Shown here: positions 25,714 to 39,088 of the stretch, piece after piece
Layout: each line of letters starts with the position of its first letter
How positions within the stretch are numbered: the stretch's first letter is position 1
Origin: Octopus sinensis
Lineage: Eukaryota
Direction: 5' to 3'
Assembly (NCBI RefSeq): GCF_006345805.1
Contig: NC_042997.1
Span: 8,184,001-8,248,000, forward strand
Length of the DNA: 64,000 nucleotides
Made by a program: the position numbers and the translations under genes
The notes under the pieces: model-generated
What the model saw: only the letters and a program-made list of their open reading frames with translations
Told to the model about the DNA's origin: nothing
Databases searched by the model: none

Positions 25714-28420
25714 GCAGAAGAGTACGCGCACCAGTTTGGTCAGACGTAATCTGGGACAGATCAGAACGGCCAGGAAGTAATATATGACGGAGGCGACGTA
25801 AGCATTCGCCACCCCTGCCTAAACTTTCAAGGATAGCTTTCTCTCAGTTCATTTCTGGTTGAGATTAGCTACCTTGCTTGTCACATCGTCCCAGTTCTTC
25901 TCCACCTGGAGATCTGGACCAAACCAGACACCAGCAATTCGACAGGTCCTCCGTCCAGCGGCTCCACCTCGCGTACCCGGTTGACATGGAGATAAATATA
26001 TATATTTTATCCACCGAAAATGGGAATGATCGCTTGTCGGTCAGAGAGTCTAGTTTTACTGATAGCCACTATATCTATATGTGGTGATTTGATGGAATTC
26101 TTTCAAAGACGACCCCAGGCATCGTGGATTTATACTGCCTATCTTAAGTAAGGCTATGTCAGAATAATGAATAGACCCGGGAATGTTACTTTCATTTTGT
26201 AAGCAAGGTGGGGTTGGATGATTCTTTCCCATGGCCATATGTGGAAGTTTTGACAAGCAGTTATATATATACTCTTTTATTGATATTTGTCCTGAAAACT
26301 TCTACTCCTTCAGGTTATTTTAGTTGTTATGGTGTTGTATGTATTTTGTGATGTTAGGGTGGCTTCTATGTGTGTTGCGGTGTTTTTTTTCGGTTTGATA
26401 AAATCGCTGTGTGTGATGTCTGTATAGTTATATGTGTGTCCCATCTGTTCTTTATTGTGCGTGTTTATTGCTGAGTAGTTAATAATGTTTGAATTTTGTT
26501 GGTTTTAGGATGTGCGATATAAGATTCGTATGTGTGAATTGTGTTGGGCTTGTCATGATGGTGTCTTTGACATTTGTGGTGGTGATGGTCGTGATGGAGA
26601 TGATGTTATTGCTGACGGTACTGGTGTAGCAGCTGATGGGATCAGTGTCTGTGTATTTGTTCTAAAAGACGTCTTACCCCCTGTGGTCATACGTGTCAGA
26701 TTTTTATCTTGAGTGTTTTTCTTTTTCTTTTCTTTGACCTTCTGATATTTTACCACCACCACATGGCACATCTCGCTTGTATGTAGAAGCCATAGATGTT
26801 GGTGAGTTATCTACTCCGCTTGTTGTTGTTGCTTTCAATTTTGTTGTTGCTGTAGTTCCTGCTACTGTTCTTGGTGTTGCTATGATTATTGTTGCTGCTA
26901 CTATTACTGCTTTTTTTTGGGCGGCTATCGTGATCACCTGCCTCTGCTGGTGTTGTTGCTGTTATTGTTGCTGTTGATGTTGATGTTGATGTTGTTGTTG
27001 TTGATGATGTTGTTGATGTTGGTGTTGTTGTTGTTGATGATGTTGGTGGTGTTGTTGCTGTTGTTGTTGTTGTTGTTGATGTTGATGTTGTTGTTGTTGA
27101 TGATGTTGTTGATGTTGGTGTTGTTGATGATGTTGGTGGTGTTGTTGCTGTTTTGGTGGTCGTGGTGGTAGTGGTGGTTGTGGTGGTCCTGGTTGTGTTG
27201 GTCTTGATGGTGGTGGTGGTGGTGGTGGTGGTGGATGTGTAGACACAAACGGGGCGCTCCCTTCTCTCTTTTGTTGTGGGCAGAAATCTTTGAGGTTATT
27301 TGTGTCCCCAAACTGGTAACATCTCGGCCTTCTGCACTCAATAGCTACGTGAAACTTTGGCTATCTGGTAGGCGTATGGAATCTGGAATGGCCTCGACGG
27401 TTTAGAGAACCTGCCTATACTTATAATTCCATGCACTGCTCTAACCAGTTCTGCTTCTGCGTTTTCTATTTCTGCAGAAGAGTAGTTTTTCTCTTCAATG
27501 CGTAGAGAGTAACAGCCACCAGCCAGCAGATGTTTATTTCTAGTGATATATTTAATATTCTCATTTTGAATACCTTTCGGCTAAGGTAGATGGGGATGAG
27601 AATGAATTCATCACCCGTTAGGGTGGCTTTTGAATAATTTTTCCGCCTTCTTTTCAGAAACAAACCTCATTTCGACAGTCACATATTTTTTACCCTTGGC
27701 TATATAAATTTTGCTCTCCCGAATTGGTCGTAAACACTTTTCAATTTGATGTTCTACTCTTCTACACTTTGTTGCATGTTCTACTCTTCTACACTTTTCT
27801 TCAATTGTCTTACATAAAACACTTCGTAAATTCGTTTCTTGCTGGATCGATCTATGAATATTTAGTGTCACATTTCTCCCAAATTTTTTCCAACATACAT
27901 TTTGCACTTTTCAATTTATTTTCGTTGATAAAACTATCTTCGCTTACTTGCCTTGTCGCTTGCGCTAAGTCACCGAGAATTGGTGTGTTTGACTAGTTTC
28001 CTTTGTTGACGTTTTTGTCAATTATGTTGGTGTTGGTGGTTGTAGGTTTCCTGTTGCTACTGGTGACGGTGGTGGTGGTGGAGGTAGTAGTGTTCTTACT
28101 GATGTTGATTTTTGTTGTTATTGATTTCTTTTGTTCCTGTGATCGTGAAGGTTGTGTTGGATGCAGCTGAAACATTATTGTCGTCTCTGTTGTTGTTGGT
28201 GTTGTTGTTGTTGTTGTGGTTGCAGCTGCTACTGCTGTTTTGCTGGTAATGCTGTCACTGTCTTGTTTGTTCTGCTTTGCGGATGACCGGCTGTTCTTTC
28301 CAGCAGGCGAATAATCCTCGTTCATCATCTTTCTAGAAACATCAATTCAAATTGAGGCCCGTAGCAGCCCTAAACAAACAACGAATTAGCCCCTAAGGAC
28401 TACAGATTGAGAAGAACCCT
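25714..28420 (-). mobile_element. Internally deleted L1/Tx1-clade LINE (ORF1, start of APE endonuclease, then RT C-terminal piece)
   Basis: ORF1 remnants ~28330-26300 (EAIPDSIRLPDSQSF, degenerate knuckle RCYQFGDTNNLKDFCP, low-complexity T/Q/N tracts); ALLKIGSINPRCLGSSLKEF (~26160-26100, APE N-terminus); then LGVWFGPDLQVEKNW-like..ERKLSLK..VANAYVASVIYY (~25950-25720). Confidence 0.7.
26940..27240. repeat. Compound (GTT/GAT/GGT)n tract with a 90 bp higher-order duplication inside ORF1 of the Tx1 element
   Basis: gttggtggtgttgttgctg ends at both 27060 and 27150. Confidence 0.85.
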
Positions 28421-28609
28421 TTCCCTAAGTTCCTGGTTACTTTATCTATGTAACAATAGAGATAACAAAATCTTGCAGAAGCAATGTGCAGCACCTGTCG
28501 ATAGACGAACATTGACAACAACACCAGCCACGACACCACCACCACCAACAAACACCTAACTGTAGCAGCAATGATAATGATAATGGGACCTATTGAGCAG
28601 GATGGGCTA

Positions 28610-28815
28610 CTCATCCTGAAGGAGATTCTAACTGGATCCCTACTGCAAGGTCATGCGCTGTTTATCTTGATATGAGATCACCATGTCGCGCATATCTGGT
28701 TGGGATGCATGTACCTGGTGTACTCTTATCAGACGGGTAGCTATGATGTGTATACTGGGCTTCGTATATTTTACCCCAGTGCCACTTTGATGGCATGCAC
28801 TGCTCTCTCATTTAA
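28610..28815 (+). mobile_element. 3' end of an unclassified retroposon ending in an AAT/AAC tail
   Basis: Complex, GC-richer block ending gatggcatgcactgctctctcattt, followed directly by (AAC/AAT)n; no ORF. Family not assigned. Confidence 0.4.
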
Positions 28816-28934
28816 TAACAGCAACAACAACAACACCAACTACAATAATAATAATAATAACAATGATGATTATAATGATGATGAAGATGATGATAATAAT
28901 AATAATAACAGCAACAACAACGACGACGACGACG

Positions 28935-28968
<34 letters not shown>

Positions 28969-28977
28969 TAATAATAA

Positions 28978-29008
<31 letters not shown>

Positions 29009-29076
29009 AAGAAGAAGAAGAAGAAGAAGAAGAAGAAGAAGAAGAAGAAGAAGAAGAAGAAGAAGAAGAAGGAGAA
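28815..29076 (+). repeat. Compound (AAC)(AAT)(GAT)(GAC)(AAG)n microsatellite
   Basis: Directly visible; ~(AAG)30 at 28978-29075. Confidence 0.95.
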
Positions 29077-29385
29077 GAAAACCTTTTAAGTACGAAATAA
29101 CCCGGTTATGGAAAATAAAGGTGAAAATAGTGCCAGTTATTGTTGGATCTTTGGGAACAGTAGCAGAAGGCACCAAGAGGAATCTCAAGGAAATTGGAAT
29201 AGAGTGCCCAGTAGAACTGTTACAAAAGTTTTGCCACCTTAGCACGGCAAGAATCAGTAATGTATTAGATAGCTGAGAAGAACGAAAATTATAGAACCGT
29301 AGGTTGCAGGTAGTAAGCCCACTACGCATACAATACTCCAGGGATTCTAACAAAACCTGTAATAAAAGGAAATAATAATAATAAC
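29077..29385 (+). mobile_element. Short 3' end of a fourth REL-type LINE subfamily
   Basis: KYEITRLWKIKVKIVPVIVGSLGTV..IECPVELLQK..STARI; distinct 3' UTR ending aataaaaggaaataataata, then (AAT)n(GAT)n to ~29515. Confidence 0.7.
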
Positions 29386-29401
29386 CATAATAATAATAAT
29401 A

Positions 29402-29478
<77 letters not shown>

Positions 29479-29524
29479 GATGATAATAATAATAATAGTA
29501 ATAATAATAATGATGTTTTCTACT

Positions 29525-29640
29525 AATTTGGGTGAGAGGCTAGTCGATTACTTTGACCTCAGTCCTTGTCTGGTACTTACTTTATCGACCTCGAAAGGCT
29601 AAGGGGAAAGTCGGACTTGGCGGAATTTGAACTAAGAAAA
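29525..29640 (-). mobile_element. SINE family A fragment
   Basis: ctggtacttactttatcgacctcgaaaggctaaggggaaagtcggacttggcggaatttgaact. Confidence 0.6.
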
Positions 29641-30458
29641 CTAAAGCGTAGGAAAAACGTCGCTGAGAATTTGTCGAACGAAATAACGATTTCAACTATA
29701 AAATCCAAAATTACCAACAAGCCCCGGCGCATGCTTGTCATGTTTATTTTTTGCATCACCACATATATCACTACCAGTACCATATATTTTACTATTTTTT
29801 AAATTATCATATTCGTAATCAACATCATTACTCTCAACATTATTATCAGCATTATTGTCATGTTTTCCATTCTGATAATCATAATCATTTTTCAGCATCA
29901 CCACCACCATCGAGTTTTGCATTCTGATAATCACAACTGTTTTCATCATATATAATAAATACATTGCAAGACATTTCATTTTTCAAATACTATTTAATTA
30001 TGTATTGCCTATTTTTTCTTTCTTCAACTTTTATATCAAAAATCAGTTCTTGTTTTGTTTTTTTTTTTGTATAACTTGGGCATTTTCTCAAACTGTTATT
30101 TTTTCATTTATCTTTCTCTTACCAAACAAAGGATTTTAAATATTAAAAAACAATATTCAGCGTTTTTAAACAAATCGGAACTTTAATCATAGGAGAAGAC
30201 TTTGACAAACACCTGCTGCAAGTACACACCCACAGCGTAGAGACACGCAAACAAGATATATGTGAACATACACTTACATTCGCAAGCATACACATCATCA
30301 ACCTTAGAAAAATAAGCACGAATATAGATACATAAACGTAGAAAATAAAACATGATGTTACTGAATAAACTTATCTTAAGTTTAATTTATCATTGTTTTT
30401 CTTAAATTTCTGTTCAAGACATATATTGTATTTCAATCTTCTCTCACTATCTCTTTCT

Positions 30459-30521
<63 letters not shown>

Positions 30522-30546
30522 ATATATATATATATATACATACGTA

Positions 30547-30577
<31 letters not shown>

Positions 30578-30828
30578 CTGTATGTATATATGTATGTATG
30601 TGTGCATAAATGTACGCATATGCAGAGACTGGAGTGATGTACAGATTTTATATGTAAAGAACAAGGAGGTAGTCAGCGTTTTGGATAAGTTCTTTATTAG
30701 CACTTTCGTTTAGATGAATGAGAAAACAGACCAAATAGAAAAACGATCCAAAATACTGACTACCACCCTTTTTTAATATATGCGTGTATTTATGTATATG
30801 TGTGTGCGAGTGTATACATACATACATG

Positions 30829-30877
<49 letters not shown>

Positions 30878-31002
30878 TTGTGTGTGTGTGTGTGTATACA
30901 TACATACATACTTATATATACACATATATATATATATAATATATATATATGTGTGTGTGTTTGTGTGTGTGTGTGTGTATACATACATACATACTTATAT
31001 AT

Positions 31003-31086
<84 letters not shown>

Positions 31087-31736
31087 ATAATCTATACAAT
31101 CCGAATGAAATCGAGAGAATTGTACTTTATTAATAAATTCAAACCTAAGCTTAATAAACAACGATAAAAAATAATCTTAGTTATGGCTTAAAAGTCTTAT
31201 CATCAAATCTAAAAATGAAAAATTTCTATAAAGTACTGCTGTCATCATTTCTAAAAAAATAAACACTGAAAAATGGTATGGGATCATTTTTTTTAAATAT
31301 TCGAGCAACTACTACTTCTATCCACAGGAATGTATATAAAGGACAAAATTTAACCAGTCAACCACTGTTGAAACCAATGAACACAACTGTCACCACAACC
31401 ATATGAACCTGAAGATTGCATGAAAGCAAGAACGTATACTTGTTCAATAAGAATGGACATTTAAAATATCATTTGTTCAATGAGAATAGATAATTAATAC
31501 TTCCTTCTATTTCTTTTTACTATATTATTTAAATAATTTAAATAATGTATATTATTTTATATCTTATATTGATATTATAAGAGTATATTTAATTTATATA
31601 AAATGTTTTATGTATTTGATTAAGTCTTTCTTTGTTTGATTTGTCTCTAATTAATATTATATTATATTTTACTATAAAATTGGATTCAATCCTAAATCTG
31701 ATTTTTCCCTGTAAATTTGGATTTATTCCCTAATAT

Positions 31737-31803
<67 letters not shown>

Positions 31804-31819
31804 CACTTCTTTCGAGATA

Positions 31820-32935
31820 TATGGGCTGTGACTGATGAAGTGCTCAGAATTAGTCCGAGACGAACGATTATTGAAGAGGTAAACTCAGAAACAGAGTTTA
31901 GGTCAATCAGGGAATTCCGAAACGGAAAGCACGTAAACGTAAAGCTTCAGAAATATTTTTTGAATACATATATATTAATCTATATTAATACATATCAATA
32001 CAAATCTCTATATATAAAAACATAGCATAAATATATCAATAAAAATATAACTTAAAAGAACCTAAAAATATGCGAGTTATAAATATGGTGAGTGCAAAAG
32101 AAAGTAGAAATAGAGATTGAAAATAAAATGATAAACGACCTATACAAAAAGATACAACATATATAAATTATATAAGATAAAAAGCTAAGACAGTTCAGAG
32201 AGCAAATAACTACTTTACTGGAACATTTCAAAAATTTATAACTAAGGATTAAGAATTCACGATTAAGTCCCGTTATTAGAGGAAATCCATTCGACAGCCG
32301 TTTCTAGAGTACATTTTCGGTTAGGCAAGAAGCGTGGTTTATCCGCAATTTACAACCGAAAGGCAGAAATATAGACGTCAATAAAGTCACGAAGGGTACT
32401 AGTTAACCCCTGTATTGCTTGAAATAAGAGTTAAAACAATTCATAGCTCCAAGAAAATACTTATCTTAAGACTAACAAGGGGAGCAAGCTACCTACAGCA
32501 TCCAGACATAGACAGATCGCAAGTGATTTCGTAATTCCTTAATGCTCGTCTATTCTCAAAGCTCGTTTTCCAGCGTTCATTATCTTCACATCGTCTTGGC
32601 TTAACAACCCTCACTCTTTGTTTTTACTGTCTTAGTCTCACTGTCCTGTTTTTGATACCAATTTCACCATCCGCAAAAAATCCCAAATTTTATTTAATTT
32701 GCTTTGCGGGAAGGACCGCTTTAACGAAGTCGCGTATTGTCCTTGCCTTCGGGACGCGGGGTAGATAAAACAGGGGACAAGTGATGAAGGGAATGTTCTT
32801 TATGTTCCATGTCTCGTTTCTCTGTTTCGTTTCGTTGTTCGAAAAAAGGGTCGTTTTCTGTTTTTGTTTATGTTTTCATTTCTCATTCTGTCTACTTTTT
32901 TAATGTCCTGTACCCATATATGTATGTATATGTAC
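31820..32935 (+). mobile_element. Possible degraded Penelope-like element (GIY-YIG C-terminal remnant + pseudo-LTR/UTR)
   Basis: RQEAWFIRNLQPKGRN (32323-32370) resembles the ExxFIxxxxPxLN end of PLE GIY-YIG domains. The 32685-32935 block recurs at 33294-33420 (+) and 39880-40065 (-). Hammerhead-like cores at 31832-31923. Confidence 0.3.
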
Positions 32936-33107
32936 ATATATATGAAGTAGGTATGCACATATATGTATGTATATATGCATATATTTATATTTTATTTATA
33001 TTATTATATGATCGAACGCTACGCATCCTTTTCCAAGTAAGCTTTGTCTTATATATATATATATGTGTGTGTGCGCGTGTGTGTGTGTATGTATGTATGT
33101 GTGCATT

Positions 33108-33167
<60 letters not shown>

Positions 33168-33183
33168 GTATATATATACATAT

Positions 33184-33234
<51 letters not shown>

Positions 33235-33239
33235 CATAT

Positions 33240-33295
<56 letters not shown>

Positions 33296-33460
33296 TTTAT
33301 TTAATTTGCTTTGTGGGAAGGACTGTTTGAACGAAGTCGTGTTTGGCCTTACCTTCGAAACGCGGAGGAGATAAAACAAGGGATAACTAATGAACGGAAT
33401 GTTCTTTATGTTGCATGTGTGTGTGAGTATAAATTAAATAAAATTTCTAATTGATATACG

Positions 33461-33519
<59 letters not shown>

Positions 33520-33933
33520 CGGTGAGCTGCCGAACAGCGCAACTGGTCATAGAACAGTAATGGAAATATTATGAGATGGACACTTTCGGTGTGTCAGTTT
33601 GCAGTGTCTTCTTTACCCTCTGAGTGACTGAAGAGCAGATAATCACTCCGATATGCATGCATCATACATCTGGTTGGGTGGAACTGGGAGCTGACGCAGT
33701 GTATTTGCATCTACTTGTCTACAAACGAAGATTTCTCCATGATACAATACAGTGAGTTGCTTTCACACGAGTTCGATTTTGTCTCAAGCATATTAGATAG
33801 AACTGGTACAAGTTTGTATTTATACACATCACTACTTCGCATTTTCACTCCGCTTATCTATCTATTCATCTATACCTACCTACATACATACATACATACT
33901 ACATACATACATACATACATACATAATACAAAC

Positions 33934-34010
<77 letters not shown>

Positions 34011-34650
34011 ATAGACACTCCCTTCGGTTTTGCCGTATGAGGGTCCGACAGCCTACACTCACTTTGTCAGCCACAATGCTTATGTTGAATGTGACATTTG
34101 AGTCCCTCCAATGATTTACAAAGAAGCCCGCTGATGTTGCATGTACGAGGATTACGAGTGAGTGTAGGTGGCATATTTGCAACCGCTTTTATCCTTTACC
34201 TTGTATCCCTAAGCCTATTTTGCTGGTTGAATCATAGTCACTTATACGATTTTGGCGCAACGATCTCCATTTTGTATTTGTGGTGGGGGGGGGGACAAGT
34301 GTGTATGTTTGTGTGTGCATTTTATCGAATAGGAGTTTCACTTAGCTCCATGCAACTTGAAGATTTATTTACGTGAACTGGAGACTGGGCTGCTATTATA
34401 TAAGACAGGTCATATTGGGTTGTTGATATTGATACTGATATAGATGTGTCACCAGATAGAAATCCTAATCTATGTTTCTAGGTTCTCATAGTTGGACATG
34501 GCGCTTGGCAGTCTGGTTAACGGAGTGAGAATTGCCAGCTACACCATTTGTTTGTCTAGATGTTTAAGTATACATGGTGCATGATTGTGTGAGGGTATGT
34601 ATCTTGTGTGCATGTGTATTTACTGTGTGCCTGTGCATGTGTAAACTTAC

Positions 34651-34746
34651 AAAATCGCCTCGTTGGTAAATATGTGCATGTGTGCTCAACATTCGCAGCA
34701 GATGAATCTCCTATGTATTGAACTCGTCGCATCCACAAGAAGTTAT
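34651..34746 (-). CDS. Isolated candidate exon (96 nt, phase 1-1)
   Basis: Acceptor actaatctgcacag (branch-like CTAAT), donor gtaagt; only one open frame, NFLWMRRVQYIGDSSAANVEHTCTYLPTRRF. 57 nt of it are duplicated at 37019-37075. Confidence 0.3.
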
Positions 34747-34995
34747 CTGTGCAGATTAGTATCTACTGTGTGTATATATGTCTAAGCATGTGATTGTATG
34801 CGGGTATGTTTGCGTATACGTGTGCGTTAGTATTTGTTGCGTGTAATATAAGTGTGCGTATGTGCTTGGCATGCATCCCTGCGTGTGTTTACGTATGAAT
34901 ATACTTGTCACGCATGTATATGTATGTCTCTGTATTTGTGTATATATGCAGGAGTGCGTTTATACATGAACGAGTGCATGCATGTTTACAATACA

Positions 34996-35128
34996 GTGTA
35001 TGCGTATGCAAAACTTCGATATTTGAGGACGCCTGTGTGTGCATTGGTGTGTGCTCATATGTGACTGGTGTATGCGTATGCAAAACTTCGATATTTGAGG
35101 ACGTCTGGTGTGTGCATTGGTGTGTGCG
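34996..35128 (+). repeat. 72 bp tandem duplication (~1.8 copies)
   Basis: gtgtatgcgtatgcaaaacttcgatatttgaggacg starts at 34996 and 35068. Confidence 0.85.
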
Positions 35129-35352
35129 TATTCGTGCGTGTTTGTGTGTGTGTGTGTGTGTGTGTACTGGTGTGGTGGTGTATTCTGATTCGTGCCACAC
35201 TTACAGGTCTATAGGAGGTTGGTGTCCGAATCCCATGGGCAACCTTTGACCTTTTTAATTCTACAAGTGTTTTTCAACCTAGTATTTACATGCCATTATT
35301 TATAGTTTTATCTGTGTGATTGGAAATATTCCAAAACGAGAATGATTATATA

Positions 35353-35406
<54 letters not shown>

Positions 35407-35914
35407 GTGTGTGCGCGCGCGTGCATATGCGTGTGTTGCAGCTGGTATTTTTTTTTTAAGCAAAATAATCGTAGTCTTCAATTACAACTGTGATTCCACT
35501 CAAACGACTTGCTAGTGCAATTATCAAATTTAAACTTGATTGTGGACTCATATTTGTGAAGTGAAATAAATCATACTGGTTCAGAGTTCATTTCGAAAAT
35601 AAAGTGTTTGTATTCATAGTGTTGACATAGAAATTGAGATCAGATAAGAATTGAAGGCTGATAGTAATCTTGGAGAATACTTTTTTCTTTGTTCTTCTTT
35701 TGCCTAACAGGTATTGCATTACATGATTGTATCGGTAGAATTCTTACAACAGTCTATCGATAATATATGCACACATATGCGCGCACACCCACGTACATTC
35801 ACGCACGCAGTCATACATATACAAACAGAGAAAAACTGAGAGAGTAAGAGAGTAGTAGGTGAATAGTGTGATATATAATGTAGAGGGAGAGATAGCTTGA
35901 GAGACGTGTGGATT

Positions 35915-35915
35915 T

Positions 35916-35988
<73 letters not shown>

Positions 35989-35990
35989 AA
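35915..35990 (+). repeat. (ATAG)n microsatellite; similar arrays at ~37975-38100, ~57240-57435 and ~62130-62280
   Basis: Directly visible; these give the IYLS-repeat ORFs. Confidence 0.95.
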
Positions 35991-36449
35991 TGTAGGATGG
36001 ATATAATCGTAGACAGGTCAGCGGACAGAGAAAGAAATAGAAAGAGAGCTGTACCGTAAGACATCTATCTATCCGTCTAACTTCTCCTTGAAGCATTTCA
36101 GCTTTCTTTATTTCTGAAATGCCATATAATTTAAATAGTCAATAAAGGAGAATAATAAAACTATTTCATTGGACAATTTGCTATAAGCCTTCTTCTTCAG
36201 ATATAAATAACAATAATAATTTCTTTTATTGTCCAGAAGACCTCAATATGTTGGCGTCAGTGCAAAGGTGAAATACAATAATATAAGCAACAAAGAAACA
36301 GTGGGGCTGATTTTCATTGTGTATAAAGGTGAAATCAGCAATGGCGTGAAAATCACATTAACAATTACAATAACAAAATAAATTAGAGTGCCCCCCCCCC
36401 AAAAAAAAGTGATGACAACAATATGGAACAAATCGTATGTCATTAGACA

Positions 36450-37150
36450 CGATTCTGGATTAAGTGTGACACGCGTTCTGCAATTGTCATCTTCAGTTCC
36501 GTCCACGATTTTGTCACAATCAGCACTTCTCTTAGATAAAATGGGTTGCAGTAAATCTCATTCTACTCTTATCTTCCTTTTCAAGTTTTATTTGAAGAAT
36601 TTGATAAATAACTGATTTAAGTGGAAAAATCCACTCCTTAAACTTCTTAATTGTTCCTTCACGCAGCTTTCTTTACCGTATTAAAAGGCAGAGTAGTACT
36701 TTGCATTATGCTGTGCCAAAGGTAGTCAATAGTTGGATTTTTTTGGTAAATACAGCTGTACCTTTACGGTGCGATCAGATGTATATTTGTAATATAATAA
36801 ACTGTATCTTCACAGTATATTCTGCATTTTTCAACTTTCCAGATGTAATGTGTCTAACCTCAGTCTACAAATGACCTCAAACAGCTGCTATTTCTCAGCC
36901 ACCAGCAACGGAAATCATCCATTAATTGAAGACTTCATACGAATCTCATTTGATGCATCAGCGTTAGTGCGTGTTTGCACATCAACAACAATACGATCAT
37001 AAAACCCCTTAGGAATTGACATTCGCAGCAGATGAATCTCCTATGTATTGAACTCGTCGCATCCACAAGAAGTTAAATAAAGGCAACATAAACTGTAATC
37101 TGGTCAGATATTTCCTGTAACATAGCATGTTGGTTAGCAAAGTAATCAAT
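36450..37150 (-). mobile_element. Possible ancient RT-LINE relic (RTE-like)
   Basis: Scattered motif-like peptides in the expected order across frames: LQLMDDF, WKVEKC, IDYLWHSI, IKKFKEWIFPL, VLIVTKSW. Many stops. Confidence 0.25.
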
Positions 37151-37969
37151 AACTGTAACAATAATAACTGCAATAGCAACGACTCCATTATCATTATCAG
37201 CAATTCGGAAATAGATATTACTATAAGAAAATACTATCACACAATGGGAGGAAGACTCACAAGCGAATGCTGACATTCAGGGTTATAGCAAAGATAAGCG
37301 ATGAGAAAGCATCATAAATACTAATAATGAAAAACATCAAGAGATTCAACAAACAGTTACAGTAATTATAAAAGTGACAATACTAATAGCACTAATGATA
37401 AAAATACCTTTATGAGGAAAACACGGGTTTTCAAAGTAACGATACAACTTAGTATTCACATTCATGATGAGAAAGATCAGCATTATCATCAACGTCGTCG
37501 TCGTTGTCATCGTCATCAAATTATTATCATCAAAATCGTCGTCGTTGCCGTCATCATCACTACCACCACCATTTAGGACTTTGTACTTTGTGTTGACGCT
37601 GTCATTCTTATGAATGATGATGGTGATGATGATGATGATGATGATGTGGAGGAGGACTATGATGACCACGACGATAATGTCGGTGATGATGATTATGAAA
37701 ATGACGATGATGACGATGATGATGGGAAAGATATAGAGAGGGTGTGGTACTAAATATATTGTGAAAATAGGAGTGTCATGAGATTGTAAATGGTAAATCT
37801 AAGTGTATAAGACGTAAAAATTATTCGTATTAAGAATATATCAATCGATAAATTAAAACATTTTATTTTTTGCGTTTTCCTGACATTTTCACTTGTTCGT
37901 CTGTATCTCACACGTACACACATACAAACATACACACACTAAGAGAGAGAGAGAGTGAGAGAAAGAACG

Positions 37970-38028
<59 letters not shown>

Positions 38029-38029
38029 C

Positions 38030-38098
<69 letters not shown>

Positions 38099-38644
38099 TA
38101 TACATACATGCATGCATGCATATACAAGTGTTTGCGTGTGTCTGTGTATGTCCATCTTTATGTAACCCAATTTTGATATGTACTTGATGCAAAAATAAAA
38201 CCAAATTCTATTTTTATTCGTTATTCCCGTTTTAATCCTTGCTTCCGTTAAAAGTTTTATTCTTCAAACTATCTGATTTTCTGACGAGAGCCATACGCCC
38301 GAAATACCAAGGACACTTTTATTGCATTCACTATCATTCGCATAATTATAATTCGCATGCATTTTGTTTCGTGGTGTCATTATTCTCGTCGTTAATTTGC
38401 AACCTGCGCACATATACATACAGAGAAACATTAACACAAGCACACATTCTCACCCCCACCCACCCCACACACACACCAATGCACACATGAATACAAGTAT
38501 ATATAGATGTATATATACATAAATTTATATATATCTTTATATATATATATATATAATATATATATATATATATGTAAGTATATGTGTGTGTACATCTATA
38601 TATGTATATATATATATAAGAAAATACATATATCTTCTTACATT

Positions 38645-38894
38645 GTTTTACTTGTTTCAATCATTTGACTGGAGTCATGCTGGAGCACCGCCTAAAAAAG
38701 TTTTAGTCAAACAAATCTACACCAGGATTTATTCTTTGTAAGCTAGTACTTATTCTATCGGTCATTTTTGCCGAACCGCTAAGTTACGGGTACGTATATT
38801 CAATAACACTGGCTGTCAAGAGATGGTGGGAGGAAAACAAAAACTTAAATCCATACGCACACACACACACTAACACACACACACATATATATAC

Positions 38895-38929
<35 letters not shown>

Positions 38930-39088
38930 CGGGATTCTTTCAGTTTCTGTCCACCATATCGGCTCATAAGACTTTAGTCGGACCGAGACTATAGTAGAAG
39001 GTATTTGCCCAAGGTGCCACGCAGTAGGAGTTAACCTGGAACCATGCGGTTGGAAAGGAAGCTTAACACGCAGCTACACATGTACCTC
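38645..39088 (-). mobile_element. tRNA-derived SINE, family B, full length
   Basis: ttgactggagtcatgctggagcaccgcc..gccgaaccgctaagttacggg..ctatagtagaaggtatttgcccaaggtgccacgcag..gcttaacacgcagc. Confidence 0.8.

Noticed and set aside
35205-35260. Minus-strand exon-like segment that would join 34651-34746 only if a TAG were recoded by editing
   Set aside because: Requires an ad hoc UAG>UGG edit; the other open frame is phase-incompatible.
36843-36960. Plus-strand candidate exon CNVSNLSLQMTSNSCYFSATSNGNHPLIEDFIRISFDAS
   Set aside because: Good acceptor but non-optimal donor (gttagt), and it overlaps a probable antisense LINE relic.
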